The translations under genes were made by a program, and so were the position numbers. The notes beneath the pieces were generated by a model, which saw nothing but the letters and a program-made list of their open reading frames with translations, made no database searches and was not told the DNA's origin. From a virus, in IMG/VR virus record IMGVR_UViG_3300029248_000015: a stretch of 42,349 nucleotides of DNA. One strand, written 5' to 3'. This document shows, piece after piece, positions 15,585-23,359 of this stretch. The stretch's first letter is position 1. Each line of letters opens with the position of its first letter.

Positions 15585-15601
15585 TATACATGGAGTATAG
15601 C

Positions 15602-16054
15602 ATGAATTTCAACTACGATATCAAATTCACCGACAACACCCCGCAGCTCCACGAAGCGCTGGATTCATGGGCGGAGCGGGTGCTGACCATCTGGGGGATG
15701 AAGGTGCAGGACTACGCCCAGCTGCTTGTACCCACCGGCACGGCAGACAGCACGGGCATTGAGGGCTATGTTGGCGGCGCACTCAAGCAGAGCCTGACCT
15801 ATGCCACCGACCTCGCAAAAAAGACCGTGACCATCGGCAGCAACCTGTTTTACAGCGTGTATGTGGAGCTGGGCACGGGCATCTTTGCCGAGAAAGGCAA
15901 CGGACGCAAAACGCCGTGGGTCTGGAAGGACTTCAACGGCAAGTGGCACTTTACCCGGGGCATGGCTCCCCGTCCGTTCCTCCGCCCGGCGGTGGAAGAT
16001 CACATTGACGAGCTGCGGCAGATCGCCGTGGAAGAAGCAGAGAAGGGAGAATGA
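15602..16054 (+). CDS. HK97 gp10-family head-tail joining protein
   Basis: ATG at 15602 after GGAG. ...LFYSVYVELGTG...RPFLRPAVE resembles the HK97 gp10 family. Unusually placed upstream of the scaffold and capsid genes. Confidence 0.6.
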   Translation: MNFNYDIKFTDNTPQLHEALDSWAERVLTIWGMKVQDYAQLLVPTGTADSTGIEGYVGGALKQSLTYATDLAKKTVTIGSNLFYSVYVELGTGIFAEKGNGRKTPWVWKDFNGKWHFTRGMAPRPFLRPAVEDHIDELRQIAVEEAEKGE

Positions 16055-16434
16055 CTATGAGAAAGATTTTTGCAGCAATCACGCTTTTGGCTGTGTTGCT
16101 TCTGTGCGGATGCTCTGAGGCTGACAAGGCGAACGCCAACATCTCAAAGCAGGCAGACTATTTCGAGAGCGAGCGCAAGATCACCGTCTACAACGCTCGC
16201 ACGGATAAGGTCATCATGGAAGCCGAGGGCTATATGTCCATTTCTAACAACTCGGACAACGAGTTGGTCTGCACTGTGAAAATCGGCCCGGACGCCTACC
16301 GCAAAAATTACATCTACCTGAACGACTACACCATGTATGTGGTAGAGGACATCACCGGCACCCATACCGACCCCTACCACTACAAGCTCTATTTCCACAC
16401 TGATATCCTGCCCAGCGTGGAAACAAGACCGTGA
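16051..16434 (+). CDS. Lipoprotein (signal peptide plus lipobox), function unknown
   Basis: M(TM)RKIFAAITLLAVLLLCGCSEADK. Lipobox L-C-G-C. Start is ATG 16051 or 16057. Confidence 0.7.
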   Translation: MTMRKIFAAITLLAVLLLCGCSEADKANANISKQADYFESERKITVYNARTDKVIMEAEGYMSISNNSDNELVCTVKIGPDAYRKNYIYLNDYTMYVVEDITGTHTDPYHYKLYFHTDILPSVETRP

Positions 16435-16447
16435 AATTTAATACTCA

Positions 16448-16479
16448 GCGGTTGGCGCACAGCGTCAGCCGCTTTTTTA
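16448..16479 (+). terminator. Intrinsic terminator
   Basis: GCGGTTGGCG-cacag-CGTCAGCCGC (10 bp including G-U pairs) followed by TTTTTT. Confidence 0.65.
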
Positions 16480-16480
16480 T

Positions 16481-16557
16481 GCCGCTTTAGCTCAGGTTGG
16501 CAGAGCGCCGGATTTGTAATCCGGGGGCCGTGGGTTCAAGCCCCACAGGCGGCACCA
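16481..16557 (+). tRNA. tRNA-Thr (anticodon TGT), CCA encoded
   Basis: GCCGCTT-TA-GCTC-AGGTTGGCA-GAGC-G-CCGGA-TTTGTAA-TCCGG-GGGCC-GTGGG-TTCAAGC-CCCAC-AGGCGGC-A-CCA. Canonical cloverleaf. Confidence 0.9.
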
Positions 16558-16633
16558 CGCCGGCAGCACGTCCGGCAAATTAAACCTTATTGCCAAGCAT
16601 GGCAGCCCGAGCAAGGGCGGAAAGGACTATCAC

Positions 16634-17221
16634 ATGGCACTCAAAAGAGCTGACATCCGCACGATTCTGGAGAACGCCGAAACCTCCAACGATGACAAGG
16701 CCAAAGCCATTCTGGACGCCCTGCACAAGGAGACGGACGAGCTCAAAGACCAGCTGGATGCAGAAAAAACGGCCCGCACACAGGCCGAGAAAGAGCGGGA
16801 CGAGGCCAACGGCGGCAAGGAAGCCGCTGAAAAGGCGCTGACCGACTACAAGGCCCAGCAGACCCAGAAGGACACCCACGCAGCCAAGGAAGCAAAGTTC
16901 CGGGAGCTGCTGAAGTCCGTCGGGGTGCTGGACAAGTATGCTGATCGGGTCGTGCGGCTGTCCGGCGAGGACATCGACAAGCTGGAGCTGGACGAAAAGG
17001 GCAACGTCAAGGACGCCAAGAAGCACGCCGACAGCCTGAAAGCGGATTGGGGCGACTTTGTGGCTACGACCACGACCACCGGCGCAAAGGTGGACAACCC
17101 GCCCACCAACACCGGCTCCAAAATGACCAAAGACCAAATTTTTTCAATCAAGGACGCTGGCGAACGCCAGGCCGCGATTGCTGCAAATGCCGACCTGTTC
17201 ACAGGCGGCGGAAAGGAATAA
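16634..17221 (+). CDS. Scaffolding protein
   Basis: 195 aa, highly charged coiled coil (KDQLDAEKTARTQAEKERDEANGG...). Lies immediately upstream of the major capsid gene. Confidence 0.75.
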   Translation: MALKRADIRTILENAETSNDDKAKAILDALHKETDELKDQLDAEKTARTQAEKERDEANGGKEAAEKALTDYKAQQTQKDTHAAKEAKFRELLKSVGVLDKYADRVVRLSGEDIDKLELDEKGNVKDAKKHADSLKADWGDFVATTTTTGAKVDNPPTNTGSKMTKDQIFSIKDAGERQAAIAANADLFTGGGKE

Positions 17222-17224
17222 TCT

Positions 17225-18118
17225 ATGGCAGCAAAAGAAAATCTGATTACCACCACCGAGATCACCGTCAACCCCCGCGAGATCGATTTCGTGACCCGCT
17301 TTCAGCGCAACTGGGAACACCTGCGGGAGATCATGGGCATCATGCGTCCCATCCGGATGCAGCCCGGCACCGTGCTCAAGAGCAAGTACGCTCAGGGCAC
17401 CCTGCAGAGCGGCACCGTGGCAGAGGGCGAGGAGATCCCCTACAGCCAGTACACCGTCAAAGAGAAGGACTACGGCAAGATCACAATCGAAAAATACGCC
17501 AAGGCCGTATCTCTGGAGGCTATCCAGAATTATGGCTATGATGTGGCCGTGCAGAAGACCGATGACGAGTTCCTGTTCGACCTGACCGCAAAGGTCACGG
17601 ACAAGTTCTACAAGTACCTGAACACCGGCAGCCTGAAAGGCACCCCCAAGACCTTCCAGATGGCTCTGGCCATGGCAAAGGGCAGCGTGGAGAACAAGTT
17701 CAAAAATATGCACCGCACCGTCACCGGCGTTGTGGGCTTTGCCAACGTCCTGGACGTGGCGGAGTACCTGGGCACCGCACCGATCACCATCCAGAACCAG
17801 TACGGCTTCCAGTACATTAAGGATTTTATGGGCTACAACACCATCTTCCTGCTGTCTGACGGCGAGATTGCAAAGGGCAAGGTAATTGCCACCCCCGTGG
17901 ACAACATCGTGATGTACTACGTTGACCCCTCCGACAGCGACTACGCCAAGGCTGGGCTGGTGTACACCACAGCAGGCGAGGCCAGCAACCTGATCGGCTT
18001 CCACACCCAGGGCAACTACACCACCGCAGTCTCTGAGAGCTTCGCTATCACCGGCGTGACCCTGTTCGCTGAGTATCTGGACGGCATCTCTGTCCAGACT
18101 ATCACTCCGGGCGAGTAA
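17225..18118 (+). CDS. Major capsid protein
   Basis: 297 aa, strong RBS, follows the scaffold gene. Sequence is of the type seen in SPP1-like/HK97-fold capsid proteins. Assigned by position and size. Confidence 0.8.
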   Translation: MAAKENLITTTEITVNPREIDFVTRFQRNWEHLREIMGIMRPIRMQPGTVLKSKYAQGTLQSGTVAEGEEIPYSQYTVKEKDYGKITIEKYAKAVSLEAIQNYGYDVAVQKTDDEFLFDLTAKVTDKFYKYLNTGSLKGTPKTFQMALAMAKGSVENKFKNMHRTVTGVVGFANVLDVAEYLGTAPITIQNQYGFQYIKDFMGYNTIFLLSDGEIAKGKVIATPVDNIVMYYVDPSDSDYAKAGLVYTTAGEASNLIGFHTQGNYTTAVSESFAITGVTLFAEYLDGISVQTITPGE

Positions 18119-18145
18119 TCGCCCTTTTTGAGTAGGAGGCATCCA

Positions 18146-18556
18146 ATGACCGTCCCTGAGCTGTGCAGATACACGCACAATTTTTTTGACCGGGCGGACG
18201 ACCCCATTGCCGGGGAGTTTGCCTTTGAGCCGGACACCGTGCCCGCCGGGGTAGTGCCGGGGCAGTATTTCCTTGTGTGCGGATCCATCTTCAACGACGG
18301 CGTGCACAAGGCCGGGGACGGCGACCTCACCGCCGAAACCTTCACCGGGACGGTGCAGCCCATGCGCGTTCCGCCTGACTTTGTGGCGCTGGCTGAAAAA
18401 ATCGACGCATACGACAAGGCGCTGCCCTCCGGCGGAGTGTATGTGTCCCAGTCCTTTGCCGGATGGTCCGGCACGATGGCTACAGGCGCGGACGGCCTGC
18501 CCGCTGACGGCAAGACCCACTATAAATCCGAGATCAATCAGTGGAGGAAAATGTGA
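18146..18556 (+). CDS. Head-tail connector/adaptor protein (putative)
   Basis: ATG at 18146 after GTAGGAGG. First gene after the capsid gene. Confidence 0.5.
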   Translation: MTVPELCRYTHNFFDRADDPIAGEFAFEPDTVPAGVVPGQYFLVCGSIFNDGVHKAGDGDLTAETFTGTVQPMRVPPDFVALAEKIDAYDKALPSGGVYVSQSFAGWSGTMATGADGLPADGKTHYKSEINQWRKM

Positions 18557-18557
18557 C

Positions 18558-18926
18558 ATGGTCAACTCGTTCACTGCATCCACCGTGATGCAGAGCTTTA
18601 CCCAAAAATACCGTTTTCAGACCCGCAGCTATGAGCCGGACGGCGTGGGCGGCTTTGTTTCTGGCTGGAAGGACGGTCCCGAGTTTGAGGCCGTGGAGCG
18701 CCACGACACCACCGTGGAAGCACAGGTGGCAGAGCAGGCTGACACGGCATCTACCTATACCCTGCTGGTCAACACCGGCGTTCCTCTGGCTTTCCCGGAC
18801 TACATCAAGCGAGTGAGCGACGGCCAGACCTTTCAAATCACCAGCACGGCAGATGAGGGCAAAGCCCCGCCGGAATCCGGCATGGGACTGCGAGCCGTCA
18901 AGTGCAAAAAGGCGGTGCTGCCTTGA
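18558..18926 (+). CDS. Head closure / head-tail adaptor protein (SPP1 gp16-like)
   Basis: ATG at 18558. ...YRFQTRSYEPDGVGGFVSGWKDGPEFEAVERH...YIKRVSDGQTFQI fits the head-tail adaptor pattern (recollection). Confidence 0.6.
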   Translation: MVNSFTASTVMQSFTQKYRFQTRSYEPDGVGGFVSGWKDGPEFEAVERHDTTVEAQVAEQADTASTYTLLVNTGVPLAFPDYIKRVSDGQTFQITSTADEGKAPPESGMGLRAVKCKKAVLP

Positions 18927-19303
18927 TGGGACCGTCTGAGAGCATTAACCGGGCGCTGAACACGTTTTTTAACAGCTTCGGCATCCCGGGCTATCTGGAA
19001 GATAACATCTCTCCTGCCGCTTCACTGCCCTATCTGACCTACAAGCCCATCATCCCCGGCGGGTGGAACGAAACGGCATCCTTCCACGCCCGGCTGTGGT
19101 ACCCAAGCAAGGGCGGCAGGACCCCCATCCTGCAAACCGAGGATACGATCAGCGCGGCCCTTGAGGACAGCATAACGCTTTCCTGTGAGGGCGGCGCTAT
19201 TCTTTTGCAAAAAGGCACTCCGTGGGCACAGCCCCTCGACAACCCGCCCGAATGGTATCTGTGCGAATATCTCAATTTTGAAATTACGCAATTTTGCGAG
19301 TAA
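18926..19303 (+). CDS. Tail completion / tail terminator-like protein (putative)
   Basis: TGATG overlap. Sits between the head closure and major tail genes. ...ASLPYLTYKP... is reminiscent of DUF3168-type proteins. Confidence 0.45.
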   Translation: MGPSESINRALNTFFNSFGIPGYLEDNISPAASLPYLTYKPIIPGGWNETASFHARLWYPSKGGRTPILQTEDTISAALEDSITLSCEGGAILLQKGTPWAQPLDNPPEWYLCEYLNFEITQFCE

Positions 19304-19311
19304 GGAGCAAT

Positions 19312-19887
19312 ATGGGAAGAAAATTTTCCAAAATTTCGCAGGAAGCATTCAAGTCCATGCAGTTCAACGCCGGAATCGTGGTCAACAAGTTTGACGTGAC
19401 CGGCAAAACCGAGGTGCAGGACGCAGACATCATCACCGCCACTACCGGCGGCGTCACCGCAACCTGCAAGGCGAACTTCACCGATTTGGGCGCGGACGTG
19501 GACAACGCCCAGAAAAACACCGCAGAGCTGATGCAGATCGAGGACTACGACTGCACGCTGGCTTTTACGGCCCTGAATGCAACCACTGACGTCATCAAAC
19601 TGGCCCTCGGTGCAGCCGATGTGGAAGAAAAGAAGGTCACTCCTCGCATGACACTGGATCCCACTGAAAGCACCGGTGACTTTAAGGACATCTGGTGGGT
19701 CGGTGACACCATTGACGGTGGCTATGTGGCTGTACGTCTGATGAATGCACTCTCCACCGGCGGTTTGACCCTCAAGACCACTGACAAAGGCAAAGGCAAC
19801 ATTGCGGTCACCCTGACCGGCTGCCCCCGTCTGGGCAGCGACGTGGTGCCCATGGAGTGGTATTACAGCCCCAAGGCTGCAGCATAA
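19312..19887 (+). CDS. Major tail protein
   Basis: ATG at 19312 after TAAGGAG. 191 aa. Lies directly upstream of the chaperone pair and the tape measure gene. Confidence 0.75.
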   Translation: MGRKFSKISQEAFKSMQFNAGIVVNKFDVTGKTEVQDADIITATTGGVTATCKANFTDLGADVDNAQKNTAELMQIEDYDCTLAFTALNATTDVIKLALGAADVEEKKVTPRMTLDPTESTGDFKDIWWVGDTIDGGYVAVRLMNALSTGGLTLKTTDKGKGNIAVTLTGCPRLGSDVVPMEWYYSPKAAA

Positions 19888-19899
19888 GGAGGACAACGT

Positions 19900-20304
19900 A
19901 TGAAAACCCTGAACCAGATGGACGAAACCGAATTTCTGCGCCGCTGCTGGCTGATCGCAGACGCCGTTTCTGACCTTTTGGAGAAATCCAAGGTGGCGGA
20001 GCTGCGTAAGGTGATGCCGGTCCTGACCGGCAAGGAAACCCAGGAAGAGCTGGCACAGAAGAAGGATGAGCAGGCCAAGAAGAACATCAAGGCCATGGCA
20101 AAGAGCCTGCTTTTCGACAACGCAGAAACCACGGCAAAGCTGTTGCCCCTGCTGTATGAGCCGGACGTGGACGAGGACGGTACGCCCGAAACCATGACGC
20201 CGTTCAAGACCCTGCGCGTCATCACCGCCACCGTGGAGGATAAGGACGTGCTGGATTTTTTGTCCTCGTTGGTGAGGTTGGCGCAGACGGATATCGACGC
20301 TTAA
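19900..20304 (+). CDS. Tail assembly chaperone (gpG-like)
   Basis: RBS AGGAGG. 134 aa, acidic. Positioned before the tape measure gene, with a slippery site near its 3' end. Confidence 0.75.
   Translation: MKTLNQMDETEFLRRCWLIADAVSDLLEKSKVAELRKVMPVLTGKETQEELAQKKDEQAKKNIKAMAKSLLFDNAETTAKLLPLLYEPDVDEDGTPETMTPFKTLRVITATVEDKDVLDFLSSLVRLAQTDIDA
20256..20262 (+). promoter_or_regulatory. Candidate -1 programmed frameshift slippery heptamer T TTT TTG
   Basis: In the zero frame this reads ga-T TTT TTG. The -1 frame is open from 20259 through 20570. Confidence 0.55.
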
Positions 20305-20570
20305 CCTCCACCATCCGGCTGGATATGCTGCACTTGATCGGTAAGCCGTACATTATGCAGCATTGCATCATTGCGTCAAGACGGGAGCAACTCGATATCA
20401 GCTATCGCGCCTACATGACGGACGCTCTGGCGTCCTTGGCTGGCGTAGAGGAGCGCTGGGTTGACCGCGTGTCCGACCTTGTAAACGACCGTCCGCAGGC
20501 CCCGCAGCAGTCCGCGGATGAAGTGATTGCACAAATCAAAAACGGCTTGAATGGGGGTGATGGAACCTGA
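20259..20570 (+). CDS. Frameshift extension of the tail assembly chaperone (gpT-like part of a G-T fusion)
   Basis: The -1 frame relative to 19900..20304 has no stop from the slippery site to 20570. Track ORF 20325..20570 has no convincing RBS of its own. Confidence 0.55.
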   Translation, partial: FVLVGEVGADGYRRLTSTIRLDMLHLIGKPYIMQHCIIASRREQLDISYRAYMTDALASLAGVEERWVDRVSDLVNDRPQAPQQSADEVIAQIKNGLNGGDGT

Positions 20571-20581
20571 AACTTTTTGAA

Positions 20582-23359
20582 TTGAGCGCAACCCTCGGGC
20601 TGGACGACAGCGCCTACCGGCAGGGCGTAGAGGAGGCAAAGTCCCAGACTAAGGCCGCTGTCTCCACCATGATGAAGGATTATAACCGGCTGTACAGTGA
20701 GGTCATTCACCTTACGGCGGCCTACCAGAAATCACGGAAAGAGACCGGGGAAACCTCCAAAGAAACTAAGGAATTTGCCCAGAAGCTGAAAGAAGCTCAG
20801 GCCCAGCTCAATACCACGGCGCAGGGATTAAGGACTGCGGAAGGATACATGAGCAGCTTCGGGGAAGCCGCCTCAGGGTCCGGCTCATCTCTTTCCGGCG
20901 CAATTACTCAGGGCACAATTATGGCTGGTGTTTTCCAAAAGCTGGCCAGTGTTGCCTTAAATGCGGCCAAAAGCTTTATTTCTGCAGGTCTTGATTACAA
21001 CGCTCAGATTGAGACATACACCACCGGCTTGACCAACATGCTGGGCAGCGCAGAAGCAGCGCAGCAGGTCATGGAAAACATCCAGGCGGATGCTGCACGA
21101 ACCCCATTTGATGTCGAATCCCTGACGAAAGCAAACCAATACCTGATTTCTGCAGGCGAAAATGCGAGCTATGCACGAAAAACGATCAATGCATTGGGTG
21201 ACGCTGTTGCAGCAACCGGCGGCGGCAGTGATGAGCTGAACCGCATGGCGCAGAACCTGCAGCAGATCGCAAACACTGGCAAGGCCACCGCGGTCGATAT
21301 CAAGCAGTTTGCTTATGCAGGCATCAATGTCTATGGCATTTTGGCCGATTACACAGGCAAAAGCACCGCCGAAGTGCAGAAAATGACCATCAGCTATGAT
21401 CTGCTGACCGAAGCGCTGCAGGCTGCGTCCGAAGAAGGCGGGCGATACTATAACGCAATGGACGACCTGAGCCAGACGCAGAACGGCCGAACCAACACGC
21501 TGAAAGACAATGTCAAGCAACTTGCTGGCCTTATGACAAGCGATTTGGCAGACGGAATCGGTATGGTAACGTCAAATTTGAACACCATGACTGTTGCCGC
21601 CATAGAAGCTTATAAAACCGACGGCTGGAAAGGGCTTGGAGATGCGATCCTCGAACTGGATAATCCGATAAGCGCCGTTATCAAAAAGTTTGGAGAGCTC
21701 GGAAGTGCTGCAGTTAGTGCACTGGATAAAGCAAGCTACTACCTGAATAAGGCTTTAGGGAAAAACGCTTATGCAGATTATGACACCTACGAAGATTACG
21801 CAAACGACCAGCTCGGACAAAAAAACCGAGATCGCCTTAGACAGAACGCCTTAAACGGAGTAAGTGTCAGCAACAAAAGCTGGTCCGAACGTCAGGCAGA
21901 AATTGCGGCCGCAAACGGAAACGGAACAGATAGCTCGATTACAACAAGCCCAACAGGCACAAGCTCCACCAAAAAAACAGAATCCAAAACCGAAAAAGTC
22001 ATCGAGTCCATCTCTCACACGGTTACCACTACCAGTCAGAACGCTCTCGGCACGGTGACCACCAGCATCCAGACTCTGAACGAGAAGGTCAAGGACAGCG
22101 CGGGCAAAATCAAAGACCGCGTAACCACGACCACGACCGAGACCGGCAAGGAGATGGTAAACGGCGTGGCCACGACTTATAAAAAAGTTGAGACCAAAGT
22201 CAACGGCACGGTCACAAAGGTCACAAAGACCTATGACGACATGTCAAAAACGCTGCTGGGCACGCTGACGTCCATTTCGGAGACGACTTTTAACGGTATT
22301 ACAACAAAAATTCAGGAAGCAACCGAAAAATACGCCGATGGCAGCGAGCACGTCAAGCGCACCGAGACCGAGACCGGAGAGCACATTGTCGATGGCGTGG
22401 CGCAGACCTACACAAAGGTCATTACCTACATCGACGGTGTACAGGACAAAGTCACCGAGACGGAAACCGCCATTGACAAGAGCGTCAAAGCTACTCAGAC
22501 CCGCATTGACCAGTATTTAAGCGGTGCGTCCTCTGAGTCCAACAAAGGCATTTTTGGCATCCTGCGAAGCTTTATCTCCGACGCAAAAAACGGCGACGCG
22601 GCGGCGATCGGGCTGGACTTTGTCAACCTGCTTTGGGGCGAAGTGACGCAGGACCAGCGCGAGGCTATCTCCAAATGGGCAAAAAATGCGCTGGAAGTCA
22701 TCAATGAGGCATACTCCGGCGGCGGCCTGAAGAACTCCTTTGCCGTCTTCGAAAAAATCTTTACCGGAGGCGGCGTGGAAGCGGGCGTTGACGGCGTGAC
22801 CACAAAAGTGATCGGCCTTACCGAAGCACTGCAAAAGCTGGGCGCTACCGGCGGCGCGGGCGGCGTGCTGGCAAACGTTGGCACCGGTTTGGTGTCTTTT
22901 GGCAGCAAGATCATGGGCGTGCTGGGAAACGTCGTTGCATTTGTGGCAGAAAACCCCATTGCGCTGGCAATTGCGGCCGTGGTAGCCGGTGCTGTTGGAC
23001 TCGGCATCGCTCTTTGGAAAAAGTACAAGAGCGACAGCAGCAGTTCTTCCTCGTCCTCGAGCAAGCTGGGCTACAAAGACCTGCAGGACGCCTACTGGTA
23101 CGGCAACGAGCGGGCCTTTGCGGGCTACGACTACCGCACCGACCCTTACACCTTCAATCCGAACAACAGCGCTGTGCTGGGCTACCAGACCAAAATGCAG
23201 GAGCAGCTGGCAAAACTGACCGATGTTGTGCAGCAGTATCTTCCGGACGTGGCAAACCAGCAGATCGTGCTGGATGATGGTACGCTGGTTGGCAAAATTG
23301 CGCCCGGCATGGATGCGCAGCTTGGGCAGCTGTCTGTCTTGGCAGAAAGGGGTAATTGA
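20582..23359 (+). CDS. Tail tape measure protein
   Basis: 925 aa. TTG is the only start after the in-frame stop at 20558-20560. N-terminal tape-measure motif region (...RTPFDVESLTKANQYLISAG...AVDIKQFAYAGINVYGILAD...). Also a C-terminal TM segment and a poly-Ser run. Confidence 0.9.
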   Translation: MSATLGLDDSAYRQGVEEAKSQTKAAVSTMMKDYNRLYSEVIHLTAAYQKSRKETGETSKETKEFAQKLKEAQAQLNTTAQGLRTAEGYMSSFGEAASGSGSSLSGAITQGTIMAGVFQKLASVALNAAKSFISAGLDYNAQIETYTTGLTNMLGSAEAAQQVMENIQADAARTPFDVESLTKANQYLISAGENASYARKTINALGDAVAATGGGSDELNRMAQNLQQIANTGKATAVDIKQFAYAGINVYGILADYTGKSTAEVQKMTISYDLLTEALQAASEEGGRYYNAMDDLSQTQNGRTNTLKDNVKQLAGLMTSDLADGIGMVTSNLNTMTVAAIEAYKTDGWKGLGDAILELDNPISAVIKKFGELGSAAVSALDKASYYLNKALGKNAYADYDTYEDYANDQLGQKNRDRLRQNALNGVSVSNKSWSERQAEIAAANGNGTDSSITTSPTGTSSTKKTESKTEKVIESISHTVTTTSQNALGTVTTSIQTLNEKVKDSAGKIKDRVTTTTTETGKEMVNGVATTYKKVETKVNGTVTKVTKTYDDMSKTLLGTLTSISETTFNGITTKIQEATEKYADGSEHVKRTETETGEHIVDGVAQTYTKVITYIDGVQDKVTETETAIDKSVKATQTRIDQYLSGASSESNKGIFGILRSFISDAKNGDAAAIGLDFVNLLWGEVTQDQREAISKWAKNALEVINEAYSGGGLKNSFAVFEKIFTGGGVEAGVDGVTTKVIGLTEALQKLGATGGAGGVLANVGTGLVSFGSKIMGVLGNVVAFVAENPIALAIAAVVAGAVGLGIALWKKYKSDSSSSSSSSSKLGYKDLQDAYWYGNERAFAGYDYRTDPYTFNPNNSAVLGYQTKMQEQLAKLTDVVQQYLPDVANQQIVLDDGTLVGKIAPGMDAQLGQLSVLAERGN

